Assembly: GCA_013239625.1 (NCBI GenBank)
Contig: MU053934.1
Location: 31,241 to 95,240, forward strand
Direction: 5' to 3'
Length of the DNA stretch: 64,000 nucleotides
From: Lama guanicoe
Taxonomy: Eukaryota
The notes under the pieces were generated by a model. That model was not told the origin of the DNA. It searched no databases and was given only the letters and a program-made list of their open reading frames with translations. The translations under genes were made by a program, and so were the position numbers. This document shows, piece by piece, positions 31,380 to 42,230 of the stretch (the first letter of the stretch is position 1; each line of letters opens with the position of its first letter).

Positions 31380-32620
31380 TATCAATAATTTTTTTTCTTT
31401 TCTGTTGCTCACAAGTATTTCATTATATGACATACCAGAGTTTGTTACCCATTCATTCACTCATTGAAGGCCATTTGGTTTGTTCCCAGTTTGGGGCTAT
31501 AACAAATAAAACTGTCAGGAACTTTTATGCACAGATCTTTGCAAGAACATAGATTTTCATTTCTCTAGGATGAATACCCAGGAGTGGGATTATTGATTGG
31601 TTTTTAGCATTCATCTCCCATACGTCTTATTAGACTTTTGCATAAGTATTTCATTTTTTCACAGCCATAATATGTGGTATTGTGGTTTTCATTTCTTTTT
31701 TTTTGAACATTTTTTTTATTGAGTAATAGTCATTTTACAATGTTGTGTCAGTGTTTTTCATTTCTATTTCCAATGGTTCACTTCTAGTATACAAAAATAT
31801 GACTGATGTGTGTGTGAGTGTGTGTGTGTGCTGACCTTGTGTTCTGCAACCTTGCCTAACTCACTGGTTAGCTCTAGAAGTTTCTTTTGTAGAGTCCTTG
31901 AAATTTTAACATAGACAATCATGTCATCTACAAATAGGGACAGATTTTTTCCCCATTCTGCGTGCCTTTTATTTCCTTTAATTGCTTTTTTGCATTGGGT
32001 AGGACTATGCTGAATAAGAGTGAGAGTAGACATCCTTACTTATTTTTGCTCTTAGGAAAATAGAATTTAGTCTTTGATGGTTAAGTACGATGCTAGCTAT
32101 GGACTTTTTGTTGATAATCTTTATCAGATTGAGGAAATTCAATTTTATTCTCGATTTGATGATAATTTTATCACGAATGGAAGTTGATTTTTGCTGAATG
32201 TTTTTATGCATCTGTTGAGATGACCCTGAGGATTTTCTTCTTTAAACTGTTAATATTGTTGAGGTCTGCAGACTGCAACAGCCTTGTGTTCCTCACTAAA
32301 CCCTACTTGGTTGTGGTGTGTTATTCTGTTTATATATTGTTGGATTTCTTTTGCTAAAATTGTATTGAGGATATTTGCATCTATGTTCAGGAAGGATATG
32401 ACTTTGTAGTTTTCTCTCTTCATATTATCTTTGTCTGATTTTGGTATCAGGACAAGGCTGGTCTTAAAAAATGAGTTATGAATTGTCCTCTTTTTTTATT
32501 TTCTGGAGGAGAATTTTTAAGATTGTGTTTATTTCTTCTTCAAATGTTTGGTGAAATTTGTTAGTGAAATCATCTTGGTCTCGAGATTTTTTTTCAGAAG
32601 ATTTGATAATAACTTTAATT
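31380..32620 (-). mobile_element. Old LINE-1 ORF2/3' fragments
   Basis: Minus-strand ORF 31764-32033 contains LSLFVDDMIVYV...KKLLELTSELGKVAEHKV, a decayed L1 RT FADD motif region. Confidence 0.8.
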
Positions 32621-34269
32621 CATTTAACAGTCTTACAGGTATTTATGCATCCCTAACTCTGCCAATTCATGTCAGTCCAGGCCAGCTGAGGGATCTTTCC
32701 CATCCTGGTAGTCTCCCTACTCATGCAAAACCTATATATTTTCTTCTGTGGCTATGCTTTCTCTAGGGTCTGTCATCTTCCTCACTTCTCTATGTAATTC
32801 TCCATCACTCTTCTTTCCTTAAAGAAATGAGCCAGTCCTTTTTTTGTTGGGTTAAATGAGCAAGACTTATCCCTAGAAATGGGTAAGACTTGGTCTTATA
32901 TGTAGGTATACATGTGAGACACATAATTAATAAACACTAGACCTCAGTAAATGTTACAGAGGAGGGATAAATAATTGAACAAGTAAGCTCAGAATCCCAA
33001 GTAATTCAATAACCGTAGTGAAGTCAATAAGACGATCTGTGGGTTGGATAGCTTTCAAGTATACAAAACTGAGAAATTAGCTTATTTCTGGCCCCATTTA
33101 TCTTTTTAAAGTGATACTATTTTAGTCATCCTACCTATCAACCCATGGGAGCTTTGCAAAATGTAAATATGGTCATACTATCCCCTGCTTAAAAATCCTT
33201 TACTGGTTTCCAATTTTCTTTAGGATGAAGACCAGTCCTTTTGCTTGGCTTACAATGCTGTGCAAGGCCTGTCTCCTCCATCCTTCTCCATTTACATCTC
33301 AGTCTTTCCTGTATTTACAGCTCTAACTAAACAGCCTTTCAGTCCACAAATATATGATGCTTGTAGCCAAAGAGGGCCCCTGTACCTCCTATTAACTAGA
33401 GTCTACTTCTCCCCTACTTGTCTGTACTTTCAAACCACCCTCAACAATGTTGACTAGTGAGAATGCTCATAGAATAGCTTCCTTAGGAAAGATGATTGAG
33501 CTGACTTGTGCAAATCCTCATTTGTTGGACTGTTAAAACATTATGATACTCTCCTTTTAATTTTCATCACATTTTTAATTTCATAATCATACGAAGAGAA
33601 AATCTGGCAGTCAGAGAAAATAGCACATTACTTTTAAAGGGAAAAAAATAAAGGTTGCTGATTTATCCAAGGAAATTATGAAATGTAGGAGACAATAGAA
33701 TTATACCTTTGCAGCCATGAAAGAAAATGATGACCAGCCTGGATTTGTACATCCAGTGAAAATGTTCTTGAAAAATCATGGTGAAGAAGGAAACTCAGAT
33801 TTACCTGAAGAAATAAAGAGCATCAGAAATAGTAAATTTGTGGAACCATGTAAGATATGTTGCACATTTACTGACTTTAAAAAATAATTATTGCAAACAA
33901 GAAAAATAATTATGTATTGTGAAAGTTTAAAGGTATGAAAACAAACATATGACAGAAATATCACAAAGAATGAAAAGGGGTAAATGATAATATACTGCTT
34001 TAAAGTTTTTATCTATTAAGAGATGAGGTATAATATTTGTAATTATACTGTGATAAGTTGAAAATATATAGTCTAAATGTTAGAAAAAGCATACTAAAAC
34101 AATAAAATCAAAGGTAAAGATAATGAACCAGTAGTGGAGATAAGTTTAGATCCTTAAAAAAAAATTCTTAATTATTCAAAAAAAAAGACAGTTAAAGAAA
34201 AAAAGGAACAAATAACAAACAGAGCCTCTGTTTGAACATCAACTTGTACTTTACTCTGGTGAAAACCAG

Positions 34270-34370
34270 CTGAGGTCATTGGCCAATGACCTCAGATAAG
34301 CCAAAAAATTAAATATTAAAGAAAACTGATTTATTAGAATATCTTCCCTGTACCTTTGAAAGGCAAACAA
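34270..34370 (+). promoter_or_regulatory. Promoter of HP-25-like B with a nuclear-receptor palindrome
   Basis: Perfect 26-bp palindrome CTGAGGTCATTGGCCAATGACCTCAG at 34270-34295, HNF1-like ATTAAATATTAAA at 34308-34320, FOXA-like GGCAAACA at 34362-34369; all 65-165 bp upstream of the ATG. Confidence 0.55.
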
Positions 34371-34433
34371 GTGGAAAAGGAACAGAACAGCTGAAGACAT
34401 ACTCATTACAGCAGTTTCCACCTGTACATCAGG

Positions 34434-37400
34434 ATGCCTAGGGAAGGAGGACGGTCTCTCTCCATGGGAATTGTCGGTAAGTGTAACCAGTACTGACAGG
34501 TAAGGAACCGGACCCCCTCTGCTGGTACAGAGATCTACCCAAAGTTCAGTCTCCTGTGATCACCTGCAGTTCTTTTTATTATCATAACAATTCCGAGACA
34601 CGATTTTCCCATAACACTGGACAAAATGATAGATTCATTTCAGCCTTTCCAGTCTGATACGGCAAACAGAAAGGAGCGGAAGTGGAAGTTTTATGTGAGC
34701 TAAAGCTTATGTCATCCAGATGTAAGTAGGTCTGCTGTATGTAAATGAGTACAGGGGAATTATGACTTCAATAAAGCCGAAGGGCAGATGATGCAAAATT
34801 TTTACGTATTTGACTATGGACTGTTAATGTGTTTTCTATGTCCATGCTCTGATACATAACCTAATGCTAATCCGCTGATCCTTACAATCTAGCATGTCGG
34901 CGCTTGCAGGGTCTCTGGGCTTTTCTTTGCACGCATCTCGGATTCTGCCACGCATTTCCTCTCTCTGCCCATCTGAGAGCTGCTGTCATTCTTCCTGTGT
35001 CACTTTCTCCTGTTTTGATCCCATTTTCAGTCCCTTCTGCCTCCAGCTTTCCCCTGTAATCTTCTTCTTGTCTCCTGAAAATGATCTAACTTCTTTCACT
35101 ATTTAACTAATTATAATACGGAATTAAATTCTAATTTCTACAGTATTCAGTTTGAGTTTCTAGTCTTTATACTACAAAAGCAAAAAGATCTGGACATTTT
35201 CCATTCACATATCTATTTGTGATCTGCTACACTGTCCCGTCCTCCCTCTTGAATTTTTTTAAAACCACTTTCGTGAGGTATGATTCACATGCAAAAGACT
35301 ACGTATTTAATGTATTCAACCTGATGAGTTTGGACATAAGTATACACCTGCAAAGATGGGGGAGGACACGCTGAACTTCTTTTTTTATGGATTAATTGAG
35401 GCACTTTATGTGCAATCACAAAATAAATCAGAAAAAAGGGGGTGGGAAGGGATAAAATGGGAGTTCGAGATTTGCAGATACTAACTACTATATATTAAAT
35501 AAACAACAAGTTTCTACTGTATAGCACAGGGAACTATATTCAGTATCTTTTAGTAATCTGTCATGAAAAAGAATATGAAAATGGAAAAAAAATGAGAGAG
35601 TTTTATGGTATGCAAACTGTATCTCCATAAAGAGTTTTTGTAATAAATATGTTGTTACCAGTTAAAAGGTTAGCACTTAGACGACTATACTTAACAAAAG
35701 TTGTTTCATCGATGTTTCGTTGATGAGATGGATGGCAGTCTTCTGGGATAATTTCCTCTAGTGTTTACCCATAAGAGAGGCACCCGTCTTCATAGACTGT
35801 CTTCTCATGTCATGGAGTATTTCCCAAGATGAGTGATCTCTGAACTAGTTTTTAAGAATGAAAAGAAGTTTTCCATGCAGATACAAGCAGTGAGTAGTAA
35901 ATGAAACTTCCAATTGGCTTGTTTTTGAGGCAACACTGTGCTTAATTGTAGGGGCTACAAGTGCCCAACCATCATAGGGATGATACCACTGGGAGCATTT
36001 ACTTAAAGAGACCGAAGCTTTGGCCCTGATTGTACCCCATCAAGGAGCAAGATGGGGGCGAGGGGAAAGCACTGATATGACTAAGCTCATACTTAGCTCT
36101 TGTGATTGTGAGAATTTGCTTCCCCAAACAGTGCTGGGAACATAATCCTTCAAGAGAAGCAGCACCAACTTTCAACTTCTGTGAACTTTTATCCATTGAT
36201 CCCCTGCTCTAGGTGTCGGGATTTTAGCTTTGTCTGTTGTATCAGCCGTGGCCGAAGTCAACTCTCCAGAAATTCAAGGGCCCTGTGATTCTCAAGGATA
36301 TCCCGGACCTCCAGGGCCCCCCGGCCCCGTGGGGCCACCTGGCCCACGAGGTGAGAAAACATTTTTCTCCACATTGCATTGGTCATTTCTTTCTCTCTGA
36401 TTGAAATATCCATAAACCCAGTGGAAATTACCCAGGTGTTTCCCACAGTAATGACTGAGACAACGATTTTCTGGAGGAAAATTACTGCAGACTTCCACTT
36501 CCAAGCACAGCTAAGCACCTAGGATCTTAAAACAGGAGATGAGGTTTTTACCCCAGAAAAACTTCAGGGATGAGTCCTGAAGACACCCCTTGTAAACCTA
36601 AATGATGGTTCAGATAGCATTTAGATTGGTGCACTCTTTAAAGTGGCAGTTACTCTATGCTAACCCATAATTAATACAGGTACTGGTGAGTTTCCTGCAA
36701 ATTCAAGGGCCAAATGGTATTGGAGACAACCATTGAGAATCCGGTGTTAGGAGATTTCCCCTCAATTCTGAGCACTAGCTCTGCCATCTCAACCTTGCTG
36801 GAAACTATCCCAATTCGATCCTGCATCAGGAATTCCTAGCTTGATTGTGCATCACAATTATCTGTGGACGTTGTTTAATATGCAGGTTCCTGGATTCACC
36901 CCCCTGAAATTCTAATTCAGAAGGTCACTGCACTATTAGCCAAGGTACTGTATTATTCACAGTCTGCCCTGCAGACACTAGTGCACAGTCCAGCTCAGGA
37001 AACATCACTCTAACATCCCCTTTTATCTCTGGAATGATCCAATTCCTAGATTTCCCTGTGCCAGTGTTTCCCGAGAGTCATCCTTAATTGGTGTTTGTGA
37101 TAACAAAAAACATATGATCTACCTATGAAATCAACGGGAAGGGCAATTCAAGTGACTATCCAATCACTGCTTCAAAGAATATTCTGACTCTACCAACTCT
37201 ACACTGGACACTGTGATGGTGCGTTAGAAACAAAATTAAGCAGGTCATTGGCTCATAGTCTAATTAAGGAAGCAAAATAGGTACTTGATGGGGGAGATTA
37301 CTATCCAGCGTGGCAAATGCTATGATCAAAGTAGATGCTGGATTCTGCTATGGTGATGGCAGAGAGGAGAGAAAGACTTCCTGGGAAGAGTGATACTTAA

Positions 37401-37970
37401 GATGATCCTTGAAGGGTGAGTGAGACTGGGAGGAGGAGTAGTGTGGAAAGAAACATATGGGCTGTGAAATGCATGAACTTCAAAACTCCTCCAACCTCCT
37501 TCTGTTTACTTTGGTGTTAAGGGTTTTCAGGCTTTCCAGGACCAGTAGGGCTAACCGGGATTCCAGGAAACACTGAGGAGTGTCTATCCCCCGCCAAACC
37601 TGCCTTTGCAGTGAAGCGGAGTGATCCCCTCCCAGCCCCCTCCCAGCCCACTGTCTTCAAGGAAGCCCTGCATAACGACCAGGAGCACTTCAACCTCACC
37701 ACGGGCGTGTTCACCTGCAGCGTCCCTGGCGTGTACCACTTTGGCTTTGACATCGAGCTGTTCCAGCATGCCCTGAAGTTAGGGCTCATGAAGAATGGCA
37801 CCCAAGTCCTCGAGAAGGAAGCCAGGGCCGAGGATAATTATAGGCATGTTTCCGGAAATGTCATCTTGCAGCTGACCGTGGGAGACAGAGTCTGGCTGGA
37901 ATCCGAGCAAGACACAGCAGAGACTGAGAAAGGATTGATTCAAAGCGTGTTCTTCGGGTATTTGCTCTAG
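34434..37970 (+). CDS. HP-25: HP-25-like collagen/C1q-domain plasma protein, paralog B, 209 aa (206 aa with the downstream acceptor); coding exons 34434-34476, 36213-36350, 37522 (or 37531)-37970
   Basis: Same 43/138-nt exon 1 and 2 sizes and phases as paralog A. MPREGGRSLSMGIVG|VGILALSVVSAVAEVNS...CDSQGYPGPPGPP..., then a C1q domain (AFAVK...FNLTTGVFTCSVPGVYHF...LQLTVGDRVWLE...VFFGYLL*). Resembles bovine HP-25 homolog 2 as recalled. AATAAA at 38373 and 38467. Confidence 0.9.
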
Positions 37971-38802
37971 TGAAATTACACTGGCTAAGGGATAACGGCA
38001 CACTTAAATCCCTCAAGTGATCCTAAATTCTACAGAATACTTCCCTTTCCCCTTAGATATTTTTAAGTGAGACCATTGGATGAATACCATTAAGAACGCC
38101 CCGTTCACCAATGTGAATGTAACCCAAAGAACAGTTAAAATTTATAATCCATTAACTGGTCAACAATTTCTTATTGAAAGTCCATCGCATTTCGTGTACT
38201 CTGCTATATCCTAGAAACTTCGGGGAAGGGGTATGTCAGGAAATAATTACTGGTCGGAAGCTGCCTACTACTTGGAGGTGGGGGAAACAGGAAAGCCATT
38301 ATTCCTTTCCTTGATTATGGCTGAACATTTTTCACCAGAGGAGGTGAAGAAAAGGTCTTGATCATAGCTCCCAATAAACAGATATTTACAGTGTGACATG
38401 GAGAGGAGCAAGAGGAAATAAAACTATACGTATTAAATACATACTTTTTCCAACCACTTCACTCTCAATAAATAGTTTCACCTGGCGTGTCTTAATTTAC
38501 TTGGTACTCTATAATATCCAGAAACACTTCGAGGGAGGCATATCATTTTGCCAGTATTTTTGACTTATTTCTGAAAAATTTCAATGAAGATTGGAGAGGA
38601 TGTATTTTGTTTTTTCAAAAGTTTCAGCTGTTTCTGAATATGAAATCTTTCCTCATGGTAAAGAGCATAAGCAAGGCACTTAATCCTTCCAAACCTCTTT
38701 CAAGATACATGTTCCCATTCAATTTTCCACCATCTTTATCACTATATAGGGATGAAAGGACATGAGAAATGCAAAACTGACTCTTGCTATTTTTGACTAT
38801 TC

Positions 38803-38827
38803 TGTGTGTGTGTGTGTGTGTGTGTGT
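38803..38827. repeat. (TG)n microsatellite
   Basis: Directly visible. Confidence 0.95.
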
Positions 38828-40202
38828 CCAAGGGTGAGGGTAAAAATAACATTTCCCATCAATGGGAAAGAAACACATCTCTACTACTAATTTCCTTTTG
38901 CTGACAATGGTGGGAGAGAAAAGAAGGAGAGAGTAAAACATTGTGACATCTGCTATTCAGAACTAACGATCTTTTGGTTAAAAACTGACAGGGTTCTAGA
39001 GTATGGAAATGTTGATCAGGCCACACAGCGCTGTGGAAATTTACTTTCAATGTAATAGAAAGTACACACATCATTTGTCTAGCAAGAAATACAGACACAC
39101 ATGATTTTAGCGATGCGGGCAGCTGTCTGCCGCCCTGTTCCCTGGAGCGGCTGCCCAAAGCCCTTTTGTCCCATTTGGATGAAGCTCTGGTGAACCAAGG
39201 GGTCAAAATTCAGAGGAGGTTTGTCCCTAGTCACCAGCCTACCCTCTACTGTTAGACCTGTTGCCAGAAAATAGTCCAGTTATACCCTCAACTTTCTAGC
39301 ACTCACATTTATACCATATGTAGTTATTTATCTGTATTAGAGTTAGCGGTACCACTTTACAGTTTTTGATTTAAATAACAGACACAAAATAACTGATTAA
39401 TTACGACAATCGTAGGCAAACGCATATAATCCTAAAACACACACAATGGCCAATCATTACATAGCTCGTTTACTGAACTGGCTTTTGGAAAATTGACTTT
39501 TGGTGAATTAGCCTAATATTTTTTCACCTGGCTAACCGGTTATGAGGTCGCCTCTCTCTGCCGTCTTGATAAGGGGGTGAGCTTGCCTTGCACGTGCCTT
39601 CAGTGCTTGAGTAAAACATTATCAGGAGGGAAATCTTATTACTTATATACATCACCATTCCATATTTGAAGGACAGATTGTATCTTTTTCTATTACACGT
39701 GGAAACTTTGCCAAGGGCTAGAAACCATTCTCTTAACCACTTCAAAGTATTACAGATAAAAGAAGTTGGGGAGAATATTTGGCAAAACTGTAAGGAAGTT
39801 GCTCCAAAGCACGTAAGAAGGGAACTGATGCAGAACAGTAAGAGCTGCATTGCTCCAAGTCTCTCCTCAACGCTTAAATCTCAGTAATCCTGGCGCCCAA
39901 GGGGAAGAGAAGATGCAGCCATTCCCCAATGCAGGGGCTGCGTTGTCTCCACCCCGATGTTAATTTCTCCCCAGGATGAATATCAGTGGGAGTATCTGTT
40001 ACATTTTAAGGAAAATTCTACCATTAATCTATTGTGGTATGGTCTGTCCCCAAAAGTCTCAAGAAGCTGTTCACAGTACCTGCGTTAACCTATTTTCAGA
40101 TCCATACTGGGAATGTCGTAAACGTTTGATTCTTCCTTTCCAGTTTTATGTGCCTTACTTTTTTTCCTGCTTACCCCACGACTGACATCTCCGGTGAGAT
40201 AC

Positions 40203-40787
40203 TGTTGCCGAATCCCGGTCTCTGTGCCCTGGTGCCAAATTGAAATCTGGAGACAAGAGTTTTGTGTGAAGCAGAAAAGAAGAGCTTTACTTCTTTGCCA
40301 GGCAAAGTGGGTCACAGCAGGCTAGCGTCTCAAGACTGTGAGCCCGATCTGGGGTGGGGTAGTAGCAAGAAACAGAGCTTCTGATAAACATCTGTGAACA
40401 TGCAGGGGCTGCATTCTTTCCTCCTTGACACGATTGTATTGACATCAAGAAAACCTGGTGATGGGGCCACCTGGTTCTGTGGTTATCAGACCATGACCTC
40501 CGCTTCCAGTGGGCCTTGGTCTGGTGTTTGTCTTCTGCACCTGGAGTTAACAAGTCATATCTCTAGACATTTCTGTGCCTGGAACAAAGCATGCTGGAAC
40601 AAAGAGGGATGGGGAGGGCGCTAAAGAAACATGTGCAATTTAGAGTCAGGCTAGCAGGTGCTACAGCATGAGCGAAGACATTTTTGGTGACTAGTATCTG
40701 GATACTTCAGAGAGGAGCTACGGCAGAGGATACGGGGGAGGGGTCTGCCCCGGGAAGGCCCCCCAAAGCCCAGGGGGCTCAGTTACA
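40203..40787. mobile_element. MER21-like solo LTR between the convergent HP-25B and HP-20 genes
   Basis: TGTTG...GTTACA termini, near-TSD atac/gtac, gaggatacgggggaggggtctgccccgggaaggcccc. Confidence 0.6.
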
Positions 40788-41100
40788 GTACTGAGTAGTG
40801 GTGATTGTGGGCATATTATTCTGGTCCTCCATCTGAAAGCTTACTTTTCCAGGGTGAAATGTTCTACATGTAATATTTCAGTAGTCACTATCAGATTAAG
40901 AAAATTCTATTCTTTATTTCCTAACAGATTAAAAATTATTAGTAAGTTCCAGTTTTTATCAAATGCTTTTATTGTCCTTTTAAATGACTATGTAATTGTC
41001 TCATTTAATTTGTAAATATGATAAAGGATTCCTCCAGCCAGTAATGTGGGTTTAGGGATAAGCAGAAAGTATGATCTTGGTAGCTATGAGAAGAGTGATT

Positions 41101-41292
41101 CTTTTAATTGATTTTTTTTAAACTGAAGTATAGTCAATTACAATGTGTCAACTTCTGATGTACAGCATAATCTCCCAGACATGCATATATATATAATATA
41201 TTCATTTTCATATTTTTTCATTAAAGGTTATTACAAGATACTGAATATAGTTCCCTGTGCTATACAGAAGAAAAATTTTTTAAATCTATTTT
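41101..41292 (-). mobile_element. Short LINE-1 3' insertion with a 14-bp TSD
   Basis: TGAGAAGAGTGATT on both sides; gaagtatagtcaatttacaat...ctgaatatagttccctgtgctataca. Confidence 0.8.
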
Positions 41293-42230
41293 TGAGAAGA
41301 GTGATTTTTAAGTGTATAGAATCTATTTACCAAAATTCCAAAGGAGGTAAAGTTATGGATGGTTAACAACTGGATTTTTGTCAATGGCATGCAAGCAAAA
41401 ATTCTGTGACCCATCTCTTGGCCTTGCCCATTCAAAACATTTCACATGCGACTCTCTGTGATCTTTCCCCTTTGGCTATCTTGGTACAGAAATAATTGAG
41501 AGCTTGTAAGTTACATGTCAAAGATAGCAGAGGCAAGAGAGGGAAGAACCCGAACCCCAGAATCACTGTTTAGGAGAGGTTCAACCTCCAGCCAAAAATA
41601 TCAATATTGGAACTTTAATGAGCAAGAAATAAACTTCTATTGAGTTAAGTAAGCCCTTTTCACCTGTTTCATTAGTTAGTGTTACCTTAAATCATGCAAT
41701 ATTTCCCCAAGTTTTTGTAGCTTTGGAAGGAGGGTTCATTCTTTCATTATCGTAAGTGGAATAATGGTAATGTGTTTCACTTCAACCCCCTTTCGCTGTA
41801 AAAAGGACTTGACAGAATATGCAGCGTGAAGGATAGAAGAGGAAAGAGCTGGAGGGATGAGGAAGGGCTCATGGTGGAAGCTGTCAGTTAGATGGAGAAG
41901 TAGCTTGGGTAAAGGGAGACCATGTGTGTGCTTCTCTTAGAGAAAAGGGTTTCCATCCAATAGTAGGGTCTGGGGACAAGGAGACAGAGTGGCCTGGGTA
42001 ATTATTAGAAGAGTGGTTTTTAAGTGAAACTGATTTGACTTCTGAAACAGACTTCTAAAGCCCAGTTCCTCTGTGACCAAATCTACCTGTTCCCTCCTAT
42101 AATTGTAGAACCTATTTACCAAAATTCCAAAATGCTAAGGAAAAGTCCAAGAGGTCAAGATGTGGTGCATGCTTATTTGTTTGCTTGCTTGCTTGCTTTA
42201 GACAGCAGAGTCATAAGGGGTTTGTCTTTG

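Noticed and set aside
36258..36518. Antisense Gly/Pro-rich ORFs (also 44257-44595 and 37517-37801)
   Set aside because: Shadow frames of the collagen exons on the opposite strand.
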